From NCBI RefSeq assembly GCF_000400465.1, contig NW_008806274.1, forward strand, positions 420,244 through 452,243: a stretch of 32,000 bases of DNA, read 5' to 3'. The notes beneath the pieces are model-generated. The model searched no databases, was not told the DNA's origin, and saw only the letters and a list, made by a program, of their open reading frames with translations. Below, one piece after another: positions 1 to 10,155 of this stretch. This stretch comes from Wallemia ichthyophaga EXF-994 (Eukaryota; Fungi; Basidiomycota). Numbering within the stretch: position 1 is the stretch's first letter; every line of letters starts with the position of its first letter. The position numbers and the translations under genes were made by a program.

Positions 1-339
1 ATGAAGTTCGTAAGCTTTGAAGAGATAGTCATCAAGGCTGTCGTCTTCGCTTGCTTTTGATAGCGCCCGGCCAGCTGTGTGCTCGGCGTCGGAGATATCA
101 GTGGTATAGTCGTAGAGTGCTTGGCCCAGTCCCAATCTGGAGTTTAGCTCTTGCTGTGGAGCTAGCCCAGGTAAATCTAAGCTGGATTTGTAAGATAGAA
201 TCGCGAGATAGCAGCAGTGTTGGTACTGAGAGACGAGATGCGTTTGACTATATAAAACTGCAGCAATTTCTTTACACTTGGTGTTATAGCCTTCTGCTAA
301 AGCCAGTAGCCGCGAATGCTGCTGCCTCCTTTGTGCCAT
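1..339 (-). CDS. SCC4: Cohesin loading factor Scc4/MAU2-like, N-terminal part (runs off window start)
   Basis: ATG at 339; open frame MAQRRQQHSRLLALAEGY...QYQHCCYLAILSYKSSLDLPGLAPQQELNSRLGLGQALYDYTTDISDAEHTAGRAL. This resembles, from memory, the fungal Scc4 N-terminus (LLALAEEY...L.P..E...RL.YA..LYE.T.....AE..L.K). Absent from the ORF track because it is truncated. Confidence 0.6.
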   Translation of the reverse strand, partial: MAQRRQQHSRLLALAEGYNTKCKEIAAVLYSQTHLVSQYQHCCYLAILSYKSSLDLPGLAPQQELNSRLGLGQALYDYTTDISDAEHTAGRALSKASEDDSLDDYLFKAYELH

Positions 340-770
340 CTTGATAGTGAGTTAATAGGAGCTGTTTGGCAGTCGCAGAATGACAAGTAGTTTTTCAATT
401 AAAAAATATTGGTTAGTGTAACAACGAAAACTATTAATACATCTAGCCTATGCCGTATTCGCAACTGATGAAAGACGCGTCAACTACGCTGAATACTTGA
501 GCTAATTGGATGTTTGCGTAGGACACAGAACAGCAGAGGTGGGATATACTTTGAGTAATTATACATTTGAATCGATTGGCACACGAGTTTAATCTCACCT
601 GCGTGCCTTCTTTTGGCTGTGTGACTTTGCTCAACATCATCAATAGATTTTACAGTGAATCAAAGGAATTAAGAGTCTTTTTGACACATCTAGCCGCTCT
701 TGATTCGTTAGCCGCGTGACTAGGAACGAGGGTAGCCGGGTTGGCGAAACACAACAAACACAAGGCGCCA

Positions 771-834
771 GTCACGTGATTATCGGCCGTCGCTGCGGTA
801 TTTAAGCAGCCTACACACCCTTCCTCTTTTCCTT
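771..834 (+). promoter_or_regulatory. Pol II promoter-like module: GTCACGTGAT E-box (771-780), TATTTAA (799-805), pyrimidine tract (818-834)
   Basis: Motifs read directly, with spacing typical of a core promoter. No downstream + strand protein gene found. Confidence 0.35.
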
Positions 835-1446
835 GCGGTTCGCCGTCTTGGGGGCTATAGTAAGGTGGGTATAGCCCTTCCCTGTAAATATTCTGCGCTA
901 CTCTCAGTAAGCTTTATATCCACTTGTTTAACTCTCTCTGACCTTCAACAAAGACCTAGAAGGCCGTTTACATTTCGCTATGAGCATTAACCCTAGTACT
1001 TTGCTATCATCACTTGGTCTATCTAAACTTCACCAAAACGAGACAATCCAGACGATTATAACCTGAGCGGCCTGAATATCATTCAGAAGCAAATAGTTGT
1101 GCTAAAACCTTCACGATATCTATCTACTGATGCTTTTATTATCTGCTTAATATCTGAGTATACTCGACAACCTGCGAAGCAACAAAATCACTATAGCCTT
1201 GGACTTGCTTGTATCACCTCTCGCTTATAAGCTTGTAGCACTATAAATTTTCGTTCTGGTTTTCCTCTGGGCATTGTGAATGCGTGGTGAATCATGGCAT
1301 GTGGGAGTTTAGTAAGAGCCTAACCTAGCATCAAATTAGCCACTAGGCTTGGATGGTTTTTCCTATACGCGTCTATTCATTGAGCTATCTGTATCGAGTT
1401 AGTAAAAAGTCTCGAGCGGCTTTGAGACTGGTTAAGACGGGTTGAA
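820..1446 (+). ncRNA. Putative structured non-coding RNA of unknown class (telomerase RNA candidate)
   Basis: Hairpins at 850-879, 1072-1086 and 1408-1429; 843-851 can pair with 1432-1440; TAACCCTA at 988-995; no ORF of 60 aa or more. No family-defining motif confirmed. Confidence 0.2.
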
Positions 1447-2418
1447 GTATAAAAGTGTAAAAAACAACACCTAAATAAACACACTGAAATCTAAATGCTT
1501 CACAAATCCTCATTTATCTCACTTTACAGCATTACAATTGATAGTCGCATAACAGCAACAGCTCAGAGACTGCCGATCACTCACAAAACTCAACAGTAAG
1601 GACAAAATCAAGATAAATACATGCAAAATTTAATCTATCTGGCTTATCCCCTAATTCTCACCATATCACAAAAGTGAAGCACGTCGTCATCTCCAAATCG
1701 AGAATGGCATGCACAATGACGTATTCTTCATGACACTGTTATTAATGCAAACAAGAGCAATAATGGTTTTATTCTGTAGCGATTAATTGTGATATTAATT
1801 TGCGAGTGTATTTGTTGTGAAAAGCCTTGTGTGGCGCTCTGTAATTGTCTATTTAGATGTGGTATGCCTCTTGTAGAGCATTTTGGACCTTTTACAATTT
1901 CCGAACAGCCTACAGAGCGTGATTAGAGGCTCAGGGATATAATTCTGGTGACATCTTGTGTAACTCAATCACGGCTGTTTTTCAAGCTTCTTTATTTGGA
2001 GATCATCAAAACTCTTAAATTAGCCATCTGAGATGAGATGGAGGGTAGTCGAAAATTTCTACTCTGTGGATTTTGAGCAGAAGGTTGATATGAGAATCTA
2101 TTAAGAGTACTGAAGATGCCTTGAAACCGATGGTGTTGGTAAATTGGTCAAATTGTCAGTATATCTCAACTCTGTATTCGTCTTCTCAATGTATTGGTCA
2201 TTCTCAGGGGGCCTTGAACAGATTTAGTTCAGTTCAGTGGTTTGTTAAGTTTAAGCCATTAATTGCACTAAAAATGTATTCAAGGCACCCTGTCATATCA
2301 CAAAATCACCTTTAAGTCATCAAACATCGCAGCAATGCGCTTACAACCCACACAGCTAATAATATCTCGTGATTAATAGAATGTTACATGTGTAGAGATG
2401 ATATCGTGAATTTAAATG

Positions 2419-5400
2419 TTAACTTTGCTTGACCTTGAGGGCAATGATATGGCCGTCATCAGCGTAAACAGTGTGCTTATTTGAGTCCGATTGCTTTTTT
2501 GCAGTCGCCGTGGGCTTTGTGTTGTGACCACTGTTGTGGAAAGGCAGGCTGTAGTTAGGAGCGCCAGACGAATAGCCCTGTTGCTGAGCTTGATGCTGTG
2601 CGTACTGTTGATACTGCTGTCTAGCGTAGTGCTGTTGGGCAGCAAAGTGCTGACCGTATGCTGTAGCTTGCTGCGGCGGGTAACCAGCTTGGATAGCTGC
2701 GACGGTGGCTTGTTGAGCTGTTTGCGCTTGAGCCTGTGCCTCCAATTCTAACTGCGATTGCACAGATAGTGGTGTCGAGTTGGAGGAGTCAGCATACATC
2801 AAGCTGATGCCGTGTCCTGAGATTACCTGCACAAGTTCTCCGTTGCTGATGTGCCTGACTTCGATAAAGTTTGGATCAAACGCCAAAATGTACGGATAGT
2901 AGAATGCGAAGCCACGTGGTTGACCTTCCCAGCGAATAAGCCAGTCTTTGCGCACCCTCCAACCATTCTTGTTGACATAAAATGCGAGATCTGTGAGTCT
3001 GTCAGTTGATGCCAGAAGAAAACTGAAAAACTTACCATCGTAACAAAGGAGGAAATCACCCTCGACCCTATATATACCCATTGGCTTGACACCCTCCCTC
3101 TTCACAATAAAGTCGAGCGAGGTGTCTGCTGGATCGAGCAGTCCCTGGGTGTCGAGCGTCTCCAAATCGACAATCTCAAATCCTTTCGTACATCCAACAC
3201 ACAGTTTAGACCTCAAGAAGTGAATGGAAGAGGATTCCGTGGGTATGTAGAATTCCTAAGGATATTGTAAGCAAACAGCCTATCAAAACATCACACTCAC
3301 CTTAAACACCCTCAAGACTTCTTTGCCGCCACCGACCAGCTTTCTGAGAGTAGGAGCTTTCTTGCTATTTCTCAGGTCTTTCTCAATTGGTTCTAGCACC
3401 TTGATGGTCGATGAAAGACTCGAGCTCTTAACAATACAGACAAGAGTCCTACCCAGACATTTACCACTCTTGAAGAAGGACGTGTGAGACGATATCTTTC
3501 TGCCCATCTTCAAGCTACCTTCTGGATCATTCTCATGCAGCACACTCAGCTCAAATGTCCAAATGGAGCGTTCTGCAAGGAGAACAATAATCTCGTCCTC
3601 CTCCAACACTTCTATCTGAGTAACTGATGGCATACCGATGACTTTTCTTGGAGGCTCATTTGGTTTATCAGACATATAGATGCCGTTATCTGTACCATAA
3701 ACCAATCTCCTGCCCTGAGCGTATGGGACGGCACAATTGGCTTTGTCAGTGCCAACAAAGAATCCATCGCTTATAACCTCAAGTTCGAATGGAGCCTTGT
3801 TCTCACTCAAGACCTTCTGCCTGTTGTGAATGTGTTCCAACCATTTACGTCTATTGATGAAGGTTGAAGCCCAAAGAGTGATGGTGTATCCGCGGCGACC
3901 AAGATGTTGAAGAGTTATCGAGTATCCTAGTCTAGATTCAGGTTTTGGTGGTGCCGTGGAGCTGAATGTTTCTGTGCTGGTAGTTTCGAGTGACAGGGTA
4001 CTATCACGGTCATTGAACATCAAATCATTCATTCTCGCATTGCTTTGGCTTTTGAGGAGTGTACGAGGCTTGCTGTGACCTGATGAAACATTTGCCGATG
4101 AGCTTGAGACAAAGCGACTGTTATACTGGTCATCGGTCGAAGAAACAATTAACAACTCTAGTGGAATTGGTTTACGCTGCACCTTGTAAACTTCATGTTT
4201 GTGAACGACCTTTGGCTTGACAAGCAAGAGTGCGTGATCGAAGAGGAACATCTGTAATTCTGCACTTTCACTCGGTGGTGCACCACCGCGTTTCTTGAGA
4301 GCACCCTTAAAAACTAACTCTCTAATCTCCTCCTTGAGACGCAAGTCTATACGCTCCTGACCAGGCTTGTATTGTAATTGTGATTCCAATTGTGCGAGGT
4401 TAAAGCGGTTCTCACTCTTACCAGTCTCGACATTGACTCTTCTCAAAAAGGCACGTATGCTTTCAACGACGATTGGGATATCCTTCTTGTCAGGGTGATC
4501 ATCCGGTGTATACTTCAAGACTACATCGAGGAGGAGTGGATATCTAGCCAGTCTCGTTGTTGGTTTTGTAAGGTATCCATTTAGCTCTAGCTTTCTAGAC
4601 TCCTTCTTACGCTCGACCTCTAAAACAAACTTCGCAAACTCAGGGTTGGATGACTTTTCCTTCTCGAACTCATACTTTCCGTAAAGCTGGTGTGCACCGT
4701 AGTTGACAAATGGGCCAAAGGTCTGAGCAAATGGAAGAAGCACATCACCAATGCGGTCGACAATGGTCCTTGTCTGTTGTCTCATAACCAACGCATCGCG
4801 CAGCCTGACATTTGAAGCATGAATCTCCAACACGTTCCAGAATACCTGCTGTAAAAAAATCATACGTCTGTTTTCTGGAATGACGTTACTAGAGCTCAAT
4901 GGCTCGATCCAGAACTGAAAACTTCATTAGCAAGAGAGCCAATGATTGCACGCTCCACTCACGTCGCGCAGGTATTCCAAGTCTCGAACGAAGTCTTGCT
5001 CAGTGTAGATGACTTCGTTGATAGCTTCTTGTCTCTTGATTTCTTCACTAGAACACGACTCAATGACCTCCTTTGGTACAGATTCTACCCAAAGCTGACC
5101 AGGAGCCTGGAACGTTTTAACAGATACTCATAAGGAAATAACTCAACTCACTCTATCACTGGCTATATTCGAACTACTCCCGAGCTCAGCCTTTACAACG
5201 TTATCACTGGCTTCCTCTCCGACGCCAACGTTGAGTTCATTAAGACCTTCGGTGACTGTTTCTTCTATGAGGGGTTCCTCACCAATGCTTTCTCTCGTGA
5301 GGACGTTCTTGGCCACTTTCTTGGTCTTAGTACGTCTAAGTGATCCGTCGGATTGTTTGAAATTGCCGCCGCGGTTAGCCATACGGTGTTGCTGTTCGAT

Positions 5401-6838
5401 ACGACGTGGACACGTGATACTATAACAAAGATGGTCCTTTGTACATGTAGGCGAGTAACAAGCAGTCAACAGCGTAAATACACCTGTTGGAACCTCGTCA
5501 CTTGAAGTGTTGTTCTCTGAAGAACTATTAACAGCGCCATCCTCAATTTGGTTTTGATTGTAATTAAAATCAATAGGTGCCGATGACCGTGGTTGTTTGT
5601 TTGCATTAATCAATTGCTCTTTTCTAGAAGCTCCTTTATCCTTGAAGCGAGATGGCATCGATGCTGAGCGTGAAGGTATAGATAATTTAGACGGAGCCAG
5701 ACTATTTGAGCTTCTGGTTGGGTTATCATTATCATCGAGATCATCATCATCGTCAATATCAACAGGTGCATCTTCGCCGTCTCCGAATATTGGCGATGGT
5801 ATTCTCTCCTTGAAGCGGTATATTTCCTTATCGCTATCTCTCAAGCGATGCTCCCATTGAACATCATGGAAGAACTTTTGCGCATCCAGACATCTACCCA
5901 GTAAGAGAGCTATGTTGCGATCTGTGGTGCGAATAATCTGACAAAGTAAATCGACAGCTTGTGAGCCGTCGAATGCCTCAGTGTACGTCAGACCATCTTT
6001 TACTTTTTCAGAAAGAGGCAGCTGGGATTTGAAAGCCTCTGCGACGCGTGAGAGAAGTGCAGGGTAAATCTTATTAAGTCCACCAGTAAGTGGACCAGTG
6101 CGAGGAGCAATGATGGCTTCTCTCTTGCTCTTGCTCGATCTTGCAGAGCTGCGTGCCTTTTTAACTGGAGCAACTGCAATGGCTGTGGCAGGTGAAGCCA
6201 GCGTGGACGAAGGGAACGAGTTAGCACGCTGTGCATGTGGTTCAGTTGGAGTGTGGAGAGTGTCACCACGTGTCGTGTCTGAAACGATGGAGGTTGTCGG
6301 AGCTGGAGTTGTGCTGATTGGAACAGCCGTATTAATCGTGCTTCCGCTTATGCTACGGGGGTAGTGCTGTTGATGAGGTATGTTTGTCGGATTCGCCGAC
6401 GTTGGTGGTGGCCTGGAATACATGGTTGGTGTAGGCGTTGTAGCAACAGCAGCTGGTGTCACCGCCCTCGGAATATAGCTGTCAAAAGTTGCTTGCGTGT
6501 ACGCGGGCGGAGGCTGGGCCTGTGCATCCTCATCTGCCTCAAGCAGTGGGTCAGAGGTAGACGTTGGTGCGCGCGTCGTGTACTGGCCCATATAATTGGT
6601 GGTACTCGAAGAAGGCGGGACTGCGTATGCTGAGCTGCTGGAATATTGACTCGTGGTCGAAGCAGAAGTTGGTAGCTGCTCTTCTGACGCGCTGTAACCG
6701 TATATACTGGTGGGGTAGTACTGCTGCTGAGGCTGCTGCTGGGGCTGTCTGAAGCCCATAGCCGACTGCGAGCGGTAGTACTGGTTGTAGTCGTATCCGT
6801 ACTGTGGGTAGTAGTACTGCTGATAGTACTGTTGCTGC

Positions 6839-6878
<40 letters not shown>

Positions 6879-7002
6879 GCTGCTGCTGCTGGACAGTCGC
6901 TTGCTGGAGATATCTGGGATTGGGACGGTATCCCTGCTGGTGGTGGCTGGCAGACGGCCTACCAAATATATTTTGAAAAGCGTCTGAACGCCTCTCTGAC
7001 AT
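2419..7002 (-). CDS. ROM2: Rho1 guanine nucleotide exchange factor, Rom1/Rom2/Rgf1 type (DEP, DH, PH, CNH domains); 5 exons
   Basis: ATG 7002 (MSERRSDAFQNIFGRP). DEP (YPALLSRVAEAF...AFDGSQAVD), DH (KRQEAINEVIYTEQDFVRDLEYL; LTKPTTRLARYPLLL), CNH (EFYIPTESSSIHFLRSKLCVGCTKGFEIVDL). GT-AG introns at 5107-5151, 4915-4962, 3256-3300 and 2991-3035 join the ORF-track pieces in frame. Confidence 0.93.
6829..6891 (-). repeat. CAA/CAG trinucleotide tract encoding 21 Gln in the RhoGEF N-terminus
   Basis: 63 nt of ttg/ctg units on the + strand, including 13 consecutive ttg. Confidence 0.95.
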
Positions 7003-7100
7003 TAATTGGTCTTGGTGCTGCTTCAACGAATATGCTGCCGCGAACGTCGATTTTCCGCTAAAAAATTAGACAAATAATAAATACTTTCTTATTTTTATAT

Positions 7101-9465
7101 TTACATAAAATCCGCGGCTGTCTGTCGCTTAGCCTTTGCTTTTTCTGCGACATTTTCGCATTCGTCATCATCAAAGGTGAGCTTGTTAAGCGCATTTGAG
7201 CGCTTCTTAGCCTCCTTCTTTTTCTTTTTTTGCGCCGTCTTTTGTGGCTCCGCTCGATTCTCGCGAATGTCGTTGCCTTTGGGCTTCTCGTCCTCGCTAT
7301 CGTCGAAGATAGCCTTAAACACGTCCATTGACGGCCGTGTCTGCTTCGCTATCTCTTCCATTGTTTTCTCGTCTTCACCTAGCCCGACCTGTTTTGATTG
7401 CAAACCCTGCTCAGCCACTGCGGCATGTCTTGATTCCAATTCCTCTAAATTTGGCGGCGCGGGCATTAATGTATCCTGCAGTCCAGCAGCTGCCCAAGCA
7501 TCTTGTTTCTTGGGCACTTCTTCACCCGTTCTTTTCCCAAATTGGAATCCTGCGTCGCTCTCTTTATCGTCACTCTCGAGCGTTATTGCCGGAGGTGGCA
7601 CTTGAAATCTCCTACAGAGCAATTTGGATGGCTTCCACGGTGCAAATGTGTGCGTCCCATGCTTAATACCCATAGTACCTTCCCGTACTGCCTTCTGAAG
7701 AGGTGTTTCTTTCTGCATCCTTTCTGCATCACGCTCTGCTCGAACTTCTTCTATCGATTTGGGCGGCGGTGATGGTTCTTTGGGCTTGGGTGCAACACCA
7801 GGCCGTAAACCAGGTTCTATTACTGGTGTCTCAGACGCTCCTACGCTGCGGGATCCTGTCGTGAACCGTCCAGCCATAGCAGCTGTCATTGGTTTGTACA
7901 GACTTGCTACCTTCTGAAATTCAACCAGTTCAATGTTGAATTGCGTTTTCGTCTGCCCGTCTGACGATAGGTTTACAATATCTGCCGGGTAATTCTGTGG
8001 ATCTGACTGAGAGTGTAGATATGCAGTGTATCTCCCCCTCTTAGCATCATCTTCTGGGAATGGTATGCTTGCACGCAGTGCATTATTGGCGGTAGCTTTG
8101 TCTATCGGCGGTATTCGAATCTCCTCATCTTCATAGTCTGATTGCTCCTTTTCCAGCCGTTGTTTGTCTTTTGCTGATATGTAGTCGAATACAGATTTCT
8201 TTGGCAATTCCTCGCCCAGTATCCTTGCACGCTGCGGCTTTGTTAGTGTACAGTTTGATAGTAGAACTAACTCACGTCGTGTGCATCGCGAGCAGCAGGT
8301 TTCACCTTTTGTGCATCCTTATCTGTCATGTCCAGCTTGAGCACTCTTGAAGGATCCGGCTTCCAATCTTTAGGTACATCAGGCTGGCTGAACCTGTTTG
8401 GTATGTAAGCATGAGTGTTGAGACAACCAAACAACCAACCCACCAAGTCTCCTCCTGTTGCTGACCTTTCTGCAACGCGAATCCTTTTAAAAGGGGCTTT
8501 CCATCATTGAAAAACCCCACACCGACGGAATCGCGCGGTGAAGTCTGCCTGCGCTGCTGTTTGGCAGCGAAGCTGCTATGCTGATGTTGGTTGTCGTCAT
8601 AAGCTAGTTGGTTAAGTTTATTTTTCTTCTCAATACCCGCTGAGGGGCCGCCATAAACATCCATGTCGTCCTCATCGGCATCTTCAATACCCAGACCAAA
8701 ACCATGAGAGATATCGCCTCTTAGCTCGCCGACACGGTTGTCTGGCTGGCTAGGTCTCAGAGAGTGTACTGTGTACGCATATCCTAGTCCCTGCGATGCT
8801 ATCTGGCGGGGTGGTATGGTAAGAGCAGTATCTTTGGGTGCAAAAGTGTGGTTTTCGCCGTGTTCGACGAGTACATTGAGATTAGCATCTTGAGATTTAG
8901 CTTGGAGGACGCTTACGCGAGGCCCGACACCCTGACCATCCCTCCAGCCCATTTTACGCATAAGTAGTGTACCAATACCGTGCTTTGCGGGTCTAAATAT
9001 ATTCGCGAAAGTATCGCTAGCACCGTCATCGACTCTGCTGCGCTTGTTGGCGTCATCGCCCGCCAGGAGGTCGTAATCAGGTCTAGTTTGCAGCACTCTT
9101 GCCTCCTTGAGAGCCTCGAGATCTTCTTCATCCATGAAGTCTTCTGGCCTGGATCTCTTGTTCTGGTTGGTATCTTTGCTGCTCTTCCAAGTCGACGGTG
9201 TCCAGCCCTCTTTGCTTCCAACTGTGTTAAAGTATCCAGCACTGTATCCACCAGTAAATGCACCATGAAAACGCCTCCTTCCCTGCTCGTCGAGCACTTC
9301 CTGCTGCCACACTGGCTCATAATCGTTTCTGTCCTTCTTTGATTCGAGACTGGGAAGTGGCGTGCCGACAAGGCAGAAATTCTCATTAGATGCCGCCTGT
9401 GCTGCTGCTTGGCCTGCGCCTGGCCTATCACGCTCCAATCTCTTGAGATATTTCGCCGCGCTCAT
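7101..9465 (-). CDS. GPATCH1: G-patch domain protein 1 homologue (DUF1604 + G-patch); 3 exons
   Basis: RRRFHGAFTGGYSAGYFNTVGSKEGWTPSTWKSS signature, G-patch GIGTLLMRKMGWRDGQGVG, later ILGEELPKKSVFDYIS and WKPSKLLCRRF. Two introns near 8397-8444 and 8232-8275. Confidence 0.9.
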
Positions 9466-9520
9466 AGATGCAATCAAGGAGATAACAATATTAAATCAAG
9501 CGTACAAGCGTACATTTGTT

Positions 9521-10136
9521 CTATTCCTCCAACGACTCGGTAAATGCCTTGTAAGAATCCTCGTTGAGAAGTGCTTCAAGTTGCTCTGGTGCAGTAACTC
9601 TCAGCTTACAGAGCCAGCCTGGACGGGGTTAGTGATGAATGTAGAGCATTTTATCCACACACCTTCATCTTCTGGTGATTTGTTGAGGAGATTTGGGCGC
9701 TCGTTGAGCTCCTCGTTTACAGCCTCTACGTCACCGGCGAGTGGTGCGTAGATATCAGAAGCAGCTTTGACACTCTCCACAGCGCCGATTTGCTCTTAGC
9801 GACGCGTCATTAGTAGTATTGTGGTTTTAGCTGGCTACTCACCGCTCTGCTTCACTACGCTTCCCACCGTTGGCAATTCAACGAAAACAACATCACCGAG
9901 GCTGTTTTGGGCGTGGGAAGTGATACCAACGGTACCAATATTGCTGTCAGTGTCATAAGTGACATACTCGTGCTGCTTGGTGAAGCGTTTGGCTGCGAAA
10001 TCTGAGAATAGTGGGATAAGACAGCCGCTGACGTACTAGTAATGCCTCTGAAGGCAGCAAATGAAGTGGCAGTGCTTCTTAATCCAATTCTGCCGATCGA
10101 ATTAACTCTAGGGATTGTTTTAAGTGCCGAGAACAT
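9521..10136 (-). CDS. GCV3: Glycine cleavage system H protein (lipoyl carrier), mitochondrial; 4 exons
   Basis: Spliced frame gives [10 protein letters not shown]...[22 protein letters not shown]...[16 protein letters not shown]...[15 protein letters not shown], with the lipoyl-Lys in VESVK. Arg/Ser-rich presequence. TAG at 9521-9523. Confidence 0.95.
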
Positions 10137-10155
10137 GATGGTAGACGTAATCGAT

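Noticed and set aside
475-480. Perfect MCB (ACGCGT) upstream of the SCC4-like gene
   Set aside because: A single 6-mer is expected several times by chance in 32 kb, and other copies occur at 1367 and in a GCV3 intron.
465-496. Hammerhead-like CTGATGA followed by a GCGT/ACGC stem
   Set aside because: The second core element is GAAT rather than GAAA, the G10.1-C11.1 pair is missing, and I find no stems I and III.
443-643. 66-aa - strand ORF from the track
   Set aside because: No recognisable family, and trial splicing gave nothing better. Probably upstream or promoter sequence of the SCC4-like gene.
904-1013. C/D snoRNA-like GTGATGA...CTGA pair on the - strand
   Set aside because: No terminal stem, no C'/D' boxes and no guide I can match to rRNA.
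1353-1359. AAACCAT (snR30/U17 m2 motif) on the - strand in a roughly 600-nt structured region
   Set aside because: The partner m1 motif (AUAUUCCUA) and H/ACA hairpin layout are absent.
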